Positions 12,549 to 23,438 of a stretch of DNA of 64,000 nucleotides are shown here, piece by piece. The position numbers were made by a program, and so were the translations under genes. Position 1 is the first letter of the stretch; each line of letters opens with the position of its first letter. The stretch is from Takakia lepidozioides (lineage: Eukaryota > Plantae > Bryophyta): the NCBI GenBank assembly GCA_030704615.1, contig CM060731.1, positions 56,854,001 through 56,918,000 on the forward strand. Reading direction: 5' to 3'. The notes under the pieces were generated by a model that ran no database searches, was not told the origin of the DNA, and saw only the letters and a list, made by a program, of their open reading frames with translations.

Positions 12549-15500
12549 TATTGGAAATGAACTCCTGACCAAGTTACTACTACCTAGAGTTACTGTGATG
12601 ACAAGTCAGGCTTCCATAATAGGAGTGCTGACAAGTCACAGTTAATAATAGAGATAAGCCTCGGTTAGCTAAAAGATAGCTAAAGTTAGCTTCAGTTATT
12701 AGTGACTCAAGTCATTGTACCATCTAATAGCAGGTGGAGATAACTTAAGTAAAAGCATGGAGTTATGCTATAGTTCTCTCAGCTATTTCTGGATTAGACT
12801 TTGAGTATAAATAGGGAGAGCTCGGAGGGTGGCCACAACTTGTTGTGGTCCTATGGTTGGGTGGAGAGTTTTCAGTAATCAATTCATCTTTTATATTCTC
12901 TGTCAAATTCCAACATGGTATCAGAGCAAGGTTTTGTTTGAGAGATAGAAAGAGATGAGTATTTGATTTACAACCAATAGGCTTGAGTGCTTGGGTTTAG
13001 ATCTGAAAGCTTGAGTGCTTGGAGTTAGATCTGAAAGTTTGAGGGTGTTTTATAGTTGGCAAAACATCAAACTAGTATCATGGCACCTTCTGTTGATCAT
13101 ACCCGAGTGGAGAAGTTAGATAGTCACAATTTTCATACATGGAAGATTAAAATGGAGTTCATTCAATCATTGTTGGGTGAAGTTTGACAGTGAAGTGATA
13201 GCTGAGGCAGTGAAAGATGCAAGATTGTACAAGCCAGTGGGGGTTGTCCAGGCTTTACATGCGAAGTGTACTACTATCTCAAGCAGAATGACCTCTGGCA
13301 TTAGAGACTTGGACATGTCTCAATGCAAAGTTTGGCATGCATATCCGCTAACAATCTGGTTAAAGACATGGATCTTACAGGAGATCGGATCTTGAGTTTT
13401 TGTGACGGATATGTGTACGGTAAACACCATCGCAACCCATTTCCAAATGATGGAGGTTCTCGGACAAATAAGGTTCTTGAGCTGGTTCATACAGATCTAT
13501 GCGGTCCTATGTCAACTGAATCTCATGGAGGTGCAAAGTATTTCTTGACCTTCATTGATGATTTTTCCAGGAAAACATTTCTCTACACGATGCAAAACAA
13601 GTTTGGAGTTCTTGATAGATTCAAGGCATTCAAAGCTTTGGTGGAGAATCAAACTGGAGAAAAGATCAAATCTTTTCGGTGTGATGGTGGTGGTGAATAC
13701 AAAGAACTTTAACCAGTCTGCAAGGAGAATGATATTGTGAAACAATCAACCACACCATATACGCCAGAACAGAATGGAGTTGTAGAGAAAAAGAATCGAA
13801 CACTTGTTGAGAGTGTGAGGTGTATGTTGCTACATATGAGGTTGGACCACCGTTTCTGGGCAGAAGTAGTGGCAACTGCAACATACCTCCAGAATCGACT
13901 TCCTACTAAGACAATCTCTACAAAAACACCTGAAGAGGTTTGGAAGGGTGAGAAACCTTCGGTTGATCATTTGCGTATCTTTGGGTGTGTTGCATTTGCC
14001 CATGTTCAAAAAGAAGTAAGGAAGAAATTGGATGCAAAAGCAATCAAGTGTATCTTCATTGGTTATTGTGAAGAAACCAAAGGATATAAGTTGTATAACC
14101 CTGAGAGCAAGTATGTGATCATCAGTCGTGATGTGATATTCAATGAGTCCAGGAACTTTCATCAGGAAAACAGTAGTTCAAATTTTGGACCATGAAAAAA
14201 AGAACTTGGTTCTAACACATGAAGATAAAATGGAAGAGAAGATTGTTGAAGAGATAGTTGAGGTTCAAATGGAGGAGGTACAATCTACTGTGATTGAAAA
14301 ATCCTCAAAGGTATCTTCTGCCTATTTCGTTGACAGTGATGAACCTCAAAGTGTGTCAGATGCAATGAGGAGTGTGAACTCTTCACACTGGAAGAAAGCT
14401 ATGGCATCTGAGTTTAAGTCTCTTCAGGATAATAAGACTCAACTTCCATCTGGACGGCAGTCTGTTGGCTGCAAATGGATTTTCAAGATTAAGTACAATG
14501 CAGATGGTTCTGTAGCAAGATACAAAGCGCGCTTGGTTGCAAAGGGGTTTTTCGCAAATTGAAGGTATTGATTACAATGAAATCTTCTCCCCTGTTGCAC
14601 GGATGGAGTCAATTCGAGTGATTCTAGCGTTTGCTGCTGTTGAAAATCTTGAGGTACATCAGATGGATGTATGTACAGCCTTTCTCAATTGAGATCTTAT
14701 GGAAGAAATATACATGGACTAGCTGGAGGGATTTGTTGTAAAAAGGAAGGAAATGATGGTGTGTAAGCTTCTCAAGTCCTTGTAAGGTTTGAAGCAATCC
14801 CCTAGGGCATGGAATGCTAAGATTGATGCATATTTCATGGATGAAGAGTTTGAGAGGAGCTCTGCTGATTATAGTGTTTACTATAAGAGGGCTCATGGAA
14901 ACTCTTTTGTGATCATAACACTGTACGTTGATGATCTGATTTTGGTCTCTAATGACTTGACTCTGTTGAAACACATACAAAGTGTCAATATCTCAAATGA
15001 GATTGAGATAGTGGTTGTGACAAATTGACTTTGTTGAAACAAAGACAAAGTGATATCTCAAAGAGGTTTGAGATGGTGGATCTGAAAGAGATCATGTGAT
15101 CATGTGTTAATGATCAGTCTTTGTTGAAAAGACAAAGTGATATCTCAAATAGGTTTGAGATGGTGGATCTGAAAGAGATCTTGTGATCATGTGTTAATGA
15201 TCAGTCTTTGTTGAAAAGACAAAGTGATATCTCAAAGAGGTTTGAGATGGTGGATCTGAAAGAGATCATGTGATCATGTGTTGATCAGGCTCTGTTGAAA
15301 AAGACAAAGAGCGATATCTCAATGAAATTTGAGATGGTGGATCTGAAAGAGATCAAGTACTGCTTAGGGGTATCGGTAATTCGTGTTTGACAAGACCGAG
15401 CGATTTACTTGAACCAGCGTAAGTATCTTGAAGACATCGTAAGGCGCTTTGGTATGGCTGAAAGTATGCCGGTAAATACCCCGTTTGTCCCAAATTGCAA

Positions 15501-16646
15501 ACTCTCAAAGGAGATGAGTCCTAAGAGTGCTGCTGACTTGGAGACAATGAGAGATGTTCCCTATCAGAGTGCAGTGAGAAGTCTCATGTATGCAATGGTT
15601 TGTACTAGGCCAGAGTGGGGGTTGTAAGCCAATATGTGGCTAACCCTGGGCAACTCCATTGGGTTGCAGTAAAGCGGATTTTCCGTTATCTGAGAGACAC
15701 ACTGGATTATGGTTTGTGCTTGAGAAAGAACAATGATAATGTTCAGTTGGATCAAGTGGGTTCATATGGTTTCTCAGATAGTGCTTGCAAAAGCACAGAG
15801 CTATACGGCTATTGTGATGCAGATTGAGCTGGTAATGTTGATGACCGTCACTCTACATCTGGCTATGTTTTTATACTAGCGAATGGAGCTGTAAGCTGGA
15901 GCAGCAAGAAGTAATCTACAATTGTTATGTCATCGACTGAGACAGAATATATGGCTACATCTCAAACTACAAGGCAAACATTATGGTTATCATCATTTCT
16001 ATCTAGTATTGGTCGTCCACAGAATGATACCATGGTCATATATGATGACAACCAATGGTGTATTGCTTTCTCAAAGAATCCAATGTTTCATGCTCGCACA
16101 AAACATATTGAGATTCATCATCATTTGGTACGAGAGAAGACTGAAGCTGGAGTTGTCAAGCTTGTATATTGCAACACTAACAACATGGTTGCATACATAC
16201 TGACAAAAGGGCTCAGTGCTGAAAAACTTGAACGTTTTCGAGGCTTAATGAGAGTAGTCAAGTGCTTAACTTGGTAACTCGTTGAGTGGGGGTGTTGGAA
16301 ATCAACTCCTGACCAAGTTACTACTATCTAGAGTTACTGTGATGACAAGTCAGGCTTCCATAATATGAATGCTGACAAGTTACAGTTAACAATAGAGATA
16401 AACCTCGATTAGCTAAAAGATAGCTAAAATTAGCTTCAGTTATTAGCTACAGTTAACTCAAGTATTGTACCATAATAACAGGTGGAGATAAAGCATGGAG
16501 TTATGCTATAGTTATCTCAGCTATTTTTGGATTAGACTTTGAGTATAAATAGGGAGAGCTCGATGGGTGGACATTGTTGTGGTCCTATGGTTGGGTGGAG
16601 AGTTTTCAGTAATCAGTTCATCTTTTATCTCTGTCAAATTCCAACA
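12549..16646 (+). mobile_element. Ty1/Copia LTR retrotransposon with complete structure but internally deleted and degenerate
   Basis: LTRs 12549-12915 and 16293-16646 (5' LTR starts TA rather than TG; both end CCAACA); TSD AATAC; PBS TGGTATCAGAGC at 12916; PPT before 16293; gag start MAPSVDHTRVEKLDSHNFHTWK; integrase VHTDLCGP and PEQNGV; RT YKARLVAKG and LYVDDL; RNase H HARTKHIEI. Confidence 0.96.
14958..15355 (+). repeat. ~87-bp tandem repeat inside the Copia RT (4 clear units plus 1 degenerate)
   Basis: TTTGAGATGGTGGATCTGAAAGAGATC recurs at ~87-bp spacing (TGATCAGTCT at 15111 and 15198). Confidence 0.9.
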
Positions 16647-17339
16647 AATACAAGGATGAAAAGTCTATGGTTATTTATTGCGGAAGGTATTATCTCGATA
16701 GGTAAGTATTAAGTGATGAAGGTGTTGGGAGAAAAGCACCTCTGCGTGGTCTCTCCCTTAAGGAAGGAGCCAATAAAATTGAGGGATAACGTCATACATA
16801 TGGGGCGCCAGTAAATTAGTGATCAACCGGCGCACCGTCCGGTGGCTGAAGAAGGATTCAAGGAGTGCTTGAGTTGAAGGTAGGACCCTGGTCTTGAACC
16901 CTTCGAACAACCTCACAATATACACAGTTGGAATTGTGAAGGATTGAGACCGAGCACACTTCAAGCATGCGGGGTGATACCTCGACTGTCCACCAACTGG
17001 TACCCCTTTGGAGGAGAACGTGTTGAGGAACCTCAACGACAACGCAGTGGCCCTTGAATCCCGCTCTGATCGCGAGCCATCCAGGCTTTGAACGCAAACG
17101 AACAAACAGTCTATCCGTTTGATAGTTCACATGGATTCGTGATCCTTGAAGCCCGATGATGATCAGATCCTTGACCCTGCCGTTGCAATCGTTTCTTGCA
17201 TCGGGGTTGCAAGTTCACGGACCAAAACATATCTTTTTGACACTCACTCACCCACCGGCGGGGACCGCAGGGTCTTCCCGCGTTCTCCTGCACGCGCATG
17301 CCCACTCCATACGCAGACCGTCTCGTGTCGGTTCGGTCA

Positions 17340-18445
17340 TGCAAGAGGCCTCGCGTCATGCACCGGATTAAAGAGCTGGGCTGTGGAGCTGAAAGCGGGA
17401 TCCCCCTTGGCGATGCGCAGGAGTCCCTTGCATATGGTGGCTATGGCGCCTTCAGGGATGCCATTCAACTTAGGTAATACCACTAAACCCCTTGGTATGT
17501 ATGCGCCGTCGGATCCAGGCGCGGAATTGTCTTTTCCGCATCCGATAATCGGCATATCTTGCGCATAGGTCAACGCTGGAGCATGGAACAGCGCTGGCAG
17601 ACGTTCTTTAAGGATCCTTCACAATGGTGGGATAGTAGCGTTGACAAGGTCAGCTTTCCTCATGTAGGGTGAGAAGGAGTGTGAGGGAGTTTGACTGAAC
17701 TCTTGTGTGATCGTATTGTGTGGACTGGATTGTACCCGTAGTTGTTGAGTGAAGTTAGCATCTCGCTTTGCTTTGCAAAAACTGTTGTACCGTACGTATC
17801 GTATTGTGAAGGGCTATGAAAGTAGGATGCGCAAGGTCTGGACTTTCTAAGGTAGTTGGGAGGGTTGAGATTGTGGCTACTCAGCTGCTCCTTCGACGTT
17901 TTCACACACCACTCCAATATCTCCAGACTACAGACATAAGCTGTTTTAGCATCTGTGTACGTTTGGACATGTTTGAATGTTCCCCATTGTGTAGAGTCCA
18001 GTGGAGCCCAAAGTGACTCGCATGAACGTTCACTAGCACTCCTCCATAAAGGAACTTGTAGCAATTGACCATTGGAACTGGTGTGGTAAGTAGGGTTGGG
18101 GGTTTGCTAGAACAAATCTAGGCTGTCATCGTCAGCAGCTAGCAGCAAGGCAAGGATCTATACATGATTTGTGCAGAGGCGGGGATAGCTGAAGGAGCAG
18201 GGATAGAGTGTGGGTCCAGATTCATCCAAGAGGGCCGGATTTCAAGCACAAGATTACCTATGATTCCCTGTGGATCGATAGCTACAAGAAACCTGCATGG
18301 GCAGATGGTCAACTGGAAGCAGCAGCAGCGGCACAGTGGATAAAATCAGGCACCTCGACCATGACCACAGCCTCTGAAAAAGGACCAAGAGAGGGAGTCC
18401 ACAATGCCCCTTCTAGCACTTCTGGGCATGTGAGGATGTTGTGTG
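17340..18445 (+). pseudogene. N-terminal part of PDF-PPR-DYW locus A: leader plus an intron-split OSB-type PDF motif
   Basis: An exon ending at 17648 (MEQRWQTFFKDPSQWWDSSVDK|GT) splices in phase 0 to 18220 (AG|IHPRGPDFKHKITYDSLWIDSYKKPAWADGQL). The leader is homologous to 33217-32776 and has a frameshift near 17485. Confidence 0.75.
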
Positions 18446-19208
18446 GGGAAGACGCTACTTCGGTTCCCTGGCTCAAACTCATGGTGTCACCCCAACAGTA
18501 AAACACTTTGGCTGCATGGTGGACCTTCTTGGACGTGCCGGGCGATTGAAGGAGGCAGAGGACCTCATTGATATAATGCCAATCAAACCAGATGTTGTGG
18601 TGTGGAAGGCCTTGCTTGGTGCCTGCAGAATGCATGGCAATGTGGAGATGGCTGAACGTGCGGCAACATCTATTCTCAAGTGGGATGAACAGGATGCCGC
18701 GACTTATGTCTTGCTATCAAACATCTGTGCCACAGCTGGCAGGTGGGACGATAGTGCAAAGGTGAGAAAAATGATGAAGGTCAGAGGGGCTAGAAAGGAG
18801 CCAGATTGCTGCTGCATTGAGGTTGGCAACAGGGTGCATACCTTTGTTGTAGATGATAAATTGCATCCCAAAATTAAGGAAATCCATGCTGAGTTGATAA
18901 GATTGTCTAGACAGATGAAGGAGGCAGGGTATGTGCCTGACACACACTTAGAATTGCATGATGTGGGTGGGGAGCAAAATGAATCTTCTCTTTGCCACCA
19001 CAGTGAGAAACTAGCCCTTGGTTTTGGGCTGATAAGCACGCCCCCTAAGGCGCCTCTCCGTCTCATCAAGAATCTTCGGGTGTGTGGTGACTGCCACACC
19101 TCCACCAAGTTCATCTCAAAGATTGTGGGCCGAGCAATTGTTGTACGGGATGCTAACCGCTTTCACCACTTTGAAGATGGGGTTTGTTCTTGCGGGGATT
19201 ACTGGTGA
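18441..19208 (+). CDS. Uninterrupted E1-E2-E+-DYW cytidine deaminase frame of locus A; PPR array deleted
   Basis: CMVDLLGRAGRLKEAEDLI; VWKALLGACRMHGN; KEPDCCCIEV; HSEKLA; CGDCH; CSCGDYW*. It is out of frame with the upstream PDF exon, so expression is uncertain. Confidence 0.75.
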   Translation: MWGRRYFGSLAQTHGVTPTVKHFGCMVDLLGRAGRLKEAEDLIDIMPIKPDVVVWKALLGACRMHGNVEMAERAATSILKWDEQDAATYVLLSNICATAGRWDDSAKVRKMMKVRGARKEPDCCCIEVGNRVHTFVVDDKLHPKIKEIHAELIRLSRQMKEAGYVPDTHLELHDVGGEQNESSLCHHSEKLALGFGLISTPPKAPLRLIKNLRVCGDCHTSTKFISKIVGRAIVVRDANRFHHFEDGVCSCGDYW

Positions 19209-19454
19209 AACATTGTTTTGTTTCTGGAAAGGTGCGAGCGTCTTGCTTCATTCATTGATCTGTGTCGTAACTCAGTTCATCCACCATTTCCTGAGAATAT
19301 TGACCATGATGTACTGTTGAGGGCATTTCCCGTGGCATATCCACAGGAAATGGTAGCGGGGTCTACAGGTAATGAGTGAAGGGGGTTTTTGACTGTCTCT
19401 GGCGATAGTGGAAAGAAATCGGAGGGCTGTCGATGTGGGTTTAGGGTTTATCCT

Positions 19455-19660
19455 GGCAGCCCTGGAAAAGGGTGAAGAGGTCCACGGTGACAATATCAAA
19501 GCTGGGATTTTACCTGATGTCAGTCTGGACACTGCCCTGGTCGACATGTATGCCAATGGCAGCATCAAATGTGCAAAGGGAGTGTTCAACATATGGCTGA
19601 GCAAAATATGGTTTCCTGGATATTGATGATTGCAGGATATGCATAGCATAGGGCAAGCCA
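19455..19660 (+). pseudogene. Isolated degenerate PLS-PPR fragment
   Basis: AALEKGEEVHGDNIKAGILPDVSLDTALVDMYA matches the repeats of the 29-31 kb PPR gene. Confidence 0.8.
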
Positions 19661-19670
19661 TATCTAATCA

Positions 19671-19767
19671 TTTTTTTTTCAGGAGAGCCTACGACCAGAT
19701 TTGAACCGGAGACCTTTCGGTTGATATCTCTCCTGTCGAGGCTCCAACCATTGTCCCAGGAATGCCC
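19671..19767 (-). mobile_element. Short tRNA-derived SINE-like element with poly(A)
   Basis: Minus strand GGGCATTCCTGGGACAATGGTTGG...GGTTCAAATCTGG...CCTG followed by A9. Confidence 0.55.
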
Positions 19768-20380
19768 ACTTTGCTATTTTTCTTGAATTTCCAGCGTCCA
19801 AAAGTACTTGAAATTTCACATCTCCCACACCGGAGGTCCGAAAACTATGAGACCAAGCCTGTGCACCCCTCCTCGTCGAGGGCTTTCCAACGTTACCAAG
19901 CATCAGGGCTGGGACCTCGCGGTTTGGGACATCTCAACGCAACAAAACAAAACAAAACAAACGTCTCGCTTTATATACTGATAAATCAATTTGCTACTCT
20001 ACAGGGATAGAAACTTGTATTGATTTGTTCCATGCAAAAACTGTTTTTCTCCATTTGACGTAGTTTCTTTCTTTCTTTTTATCTACAGTATAATGTATCC
20101 ATCCTTGTCAAGCTCTAATCCATCATGATGAAATGAGGTAGAGGTCACCTGAAGTTCAAATATGATTCCAGCGATACATAGTGGATTGATGTTGATACCA
20201 TAATCTCAATAGTGACTATGGCATTTGAACCATCTCAAAAAAAATTAGATCTAAGTGATGCTACGGCTTTGAATGAGTTTGTGGCTAATGAAAATTAAAC
20301 TTTTTCTTGGGTCCGGCATTTGGAATATTTGTGTACATGCTTTGAAATTTACAATTGTTTAAAAAGATAATTTAAAATAT

Positions 20381-21203
20381 ATGGAGCCGTACAACTATTG
20401 GAAGAAATGCAAGTGGAAGGCTTCAAGCTATGTGTTCTCTCTGCATGTAGCCTTGCTGGCCGAGTGGATGACGGCAAGTACTACTTTAACTAACTCCCTG
20501 AGTGAAGATCATGGCATCAAACAGTTTGGCTCCATGGTGGACCTTCTTGGCCGTGTGGGGCAATTGGATGAGGCAGAGGACCTCATCAACAAAATATCAA
20601 TGAAACCAAATACTGCGGTGTGGATGGCGTTGCTTGGTGCCTGCAGAATCGACGGCAATGTGGATGGCTGAATGTGTGGCAACATCTATTCTCTAGTGGG
20701 ATGAACAAGAGGCTGCGACTTATGTGTTGCTATCAAACATCTATGCCGTAGCTGGCAGGTGGGACGATAGTGCAAGTTGAGAAATATGATGAAGGTCGGA
20801 GGGGTTAGAAAGGAGCCAGGTCACTGCTGCATTGAGGTTGGAATTAGGGTGCATTTTTGTAGATGAGAAATTGCATTCAGAAATTGAGGAATCCCATGCT
20901 GAGGTGAGAAGATTGTCTGTGCAGATGAAGGAGGTAAGGTATGTGCCTAACACACGCTTTGTATTGCATGATGTGGGGGAGGAGCAAAAGGTTTTTCTCT
21001 TGGCCACCACAGAGATAGGCTGGCCATTGGTTTTGGGCTGATCAGCACGTCCCCTTGGACTCCTCTCCCATCAAGAATCTCCGGGTATGTGGTGACTGCC
21101 ACACTTACACCAAGTTCACCTCAAGGATTGTTGGTCGAGCAGGGAAGCTAACCACTTTCATCACTTCGAAGATGGGGTTTGTTCTTGCGGGGATTATTGG
21201 TGA
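20381..21203 (+). pseudogene. Degenerate PPR E/E+/DYW pseudogene
   Basis: Same motifs as locus A with stops and frameshifts; ends TGTTCTTGCGGGGATTATTGGTGA (CSCGDYW*); 3' flank homologous to 19209-19390. Confidence 0.9.
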
Positions 21204-21996
21204 ATCGATGTTTTTATGGAAAGGTAGGATGGTGGGATTGTCTTACTTCATTCATTGATCTGTGTAGCTACTCAGTTCATCCACCATTTCCAGTGTACTG
21301 TTGAGGGCAAATAGGAAATGGTAGTGGGGTCTACAGCATAGGTGGGAAGTCAGCCCATAATTACACTTGGCTAGAGCAGGTAATGAGTGAAGAGGGGGTT
21401 TTGATTTAGTCGTGTTCTCACCAAGTTAGACTCTATGATTTGCAATTTCACACATGCTCTATAGAAAATTCATGTATGTCACATGGCACACTGCAGGAGC
21501 TCTTGGGCCCAGTTGAGGAATATGAGGAGTTAGAGAAGAATGCTGCTATCACTGCTCAGAGTGAGAAAGAAAGAAGGAAGAGAAATGGGTCTTACCTTGT
21601 AAAGATTGTAAACAACAGTGGTACAACTCAGGCTACTTTATTTCAATACAAGAATGGCAAAGAGAATTATGTCTTAATTAAACAGGGAGGTCTCACTTGG
21701 ACATTGGAAGTTTGGCTTTCAAGAGGGAAGAATGCTACATTTGTGTATGGGCTTTTTGGCATTTCAGGAAGCAACTATTAGGGCAGCATTTTAAGTTCAG
21801 GTTTCACTAGGTTTTACTACAATAGATTGTCCTCAGGAGATAAAGATAAAGATTCTTTAACATCCAGTGAATTTATACAGCCTACTGAGAGAGGGGCTGC
21901 AATTTTGCATGCGTGGGGTCTGCAGATGGAAAGCATCAAGGGTGCGACCCCTCCTTTTCGGGAGGAGGGAGTTCTCGTTCACCTTGGAGCATTACG

Positions 21997-22086
21997 TTGT
22001 CCTTCCATGATGCTGCTAGGATGGAGCTGGCCATAAGGGACAAGTGCCCTCACAAGATTGACATAGGGGCTGTTTACAATGTTGAT
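21997..22086 (+). pseudogene. DNA primase small-subunit (PRIM1-like) exon fragment with its 5' splice site
   Basis: LSFHDAARMELAIRDKCPHKIDIGAVYNVD|GTAAGA; no other primase exons recognised. Confidence 0.8.
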
Positions 22087-23438
22087 GTAAGATTCTTATG
22101 TCAAGTCTGTAGTATATGGGGAGCCATCACTGAGCAGTAGCTACTTCAGTTGTGGGAAACCATGAAGATGGCAGTCCACTTAAGGTTACCCGATTCTTTC
22201 ATTGAATTTCTGCACCTGTCAGCAAATACATAGTTGTTTTTCCTGGAGTGAATAACGTTTAAAAGACGAACAGCCAATGGATAAATGATTTGTTTGATGA
22301 TGATGGACAAGACATGTTCCTGTCTAGCGAGGGTGTGAAGAGTTCTTCTCATATGGTTTCCTAGTGTGAATCTGCATTAAAGGTTTGCATTTGAAACTTG
22401 GGTTTTTAAGTCTGCGTTACAGACATGGAGCACTGAGAATGATAACTTGTCTCTTCACTACATCTCAGTTTATGGCTGCATACTGATTGACTGTAGTGGT
22501 GCTGCAGCCTGCTAAGAGGACAGCATATTCAAGCCTGGGAGCAGACCGAGTCTTCTCTCCTGTGGAGAGGGAGCTTGTTTCTGACATTGTGAGTTTCTGG
22601 CCCTGATCTGAAAGTTCTATGTGCATGTGACAGAAATATATCAACAAAAAAAGCATATGAGAAGACTCATAGGAACGGGACACCACCCAGGAACCGGGGA
22701 GAAGAGTATGCCACACCCGTCAGTAGCAAGATTAGACCCCAGAATCGTCTCGGTCGCACTTAGTGCACTTAGCCAACTGAGCTACCGACTGTTGGTTTTT
22801 AATTTCCGAATGGTAAATCACAAAAAATCAAAAGTGATCACGGAAATCACTGCAGAGAAGCCTTCGTCAACACACACAAGGAATCTGATACTCAGAGTGC
22901 CTGCACATCTTCCAATGACATGAAAAACTCTGGTCTACAACTCCTAGTAGAAGTCTATCTTAACGCTATTTGGTTCACTTGACTCACCGCCAAGTGTAGC
23001 CAACAAAACTTCAAGAATATTCACACCTAATCTCGTTTCTCAATGGCACCTGATGCCCAGTGCACTACAACACACAACCACGCCTTGGTGTTGAACCAAT
23101 TGACCTGCCGACTCCCCTGGAAACAAAATTATTCTGGAATATCCTGCAAACATGTCACACCATCGCATCATGCAGTGTAACACAAAGCTGATGAACTCAT
23201 TGATTGGTTCATGAAAACATACTTGTCATTAATTTGTGTCCCTTTTTCACAGGTTCTTGAAGTTGGTCCATGGTTGAATACAGAAGCAGTCTAACTTAGT
23301 AGTGTACTTCTATAGCGTGGAAAGGTGTGACAGAAACAAGAGAATATAGAAATGTCACCAAACACAAAAAAATAGAGCCAGTATCCCAATGAATTCACCT
23401 TCTCAATACTCCATGAGCCATCAAAAAATTTGTCCCCG

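Larger units (their letters stand above)
19800..22942 (+). repeat. Right arm of the 3.14-kb inverted repeat
   Basis: Reverse complement of 1-3143; ...TGAAAAACTCTGGTCTACAACT ending at 22942 matches the window start. Confidence 0.97.

Noticed and set aside
14958-15355. Regularly spaced repeat resembling a CRISPR array
   Set aside because: Whole units repeat with no unique spacers, they derive from Copia RT, and the context is eukaryotic.
19671-19767. Functional tRNA gene (also 58047-58120 and 152-275)
   Set aside because: A and B boxes are present but I cannot fold a proper cloverleaf; poly(A) or multiple degenerate copies point to SINEs.
1-22942. The inverted repeat as the TIRs of one giant DNA transposon
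   Set aside because: No transposase in the spacer, the arms consist of host pseudogene fragments, and the outer end and TSD are not visible.
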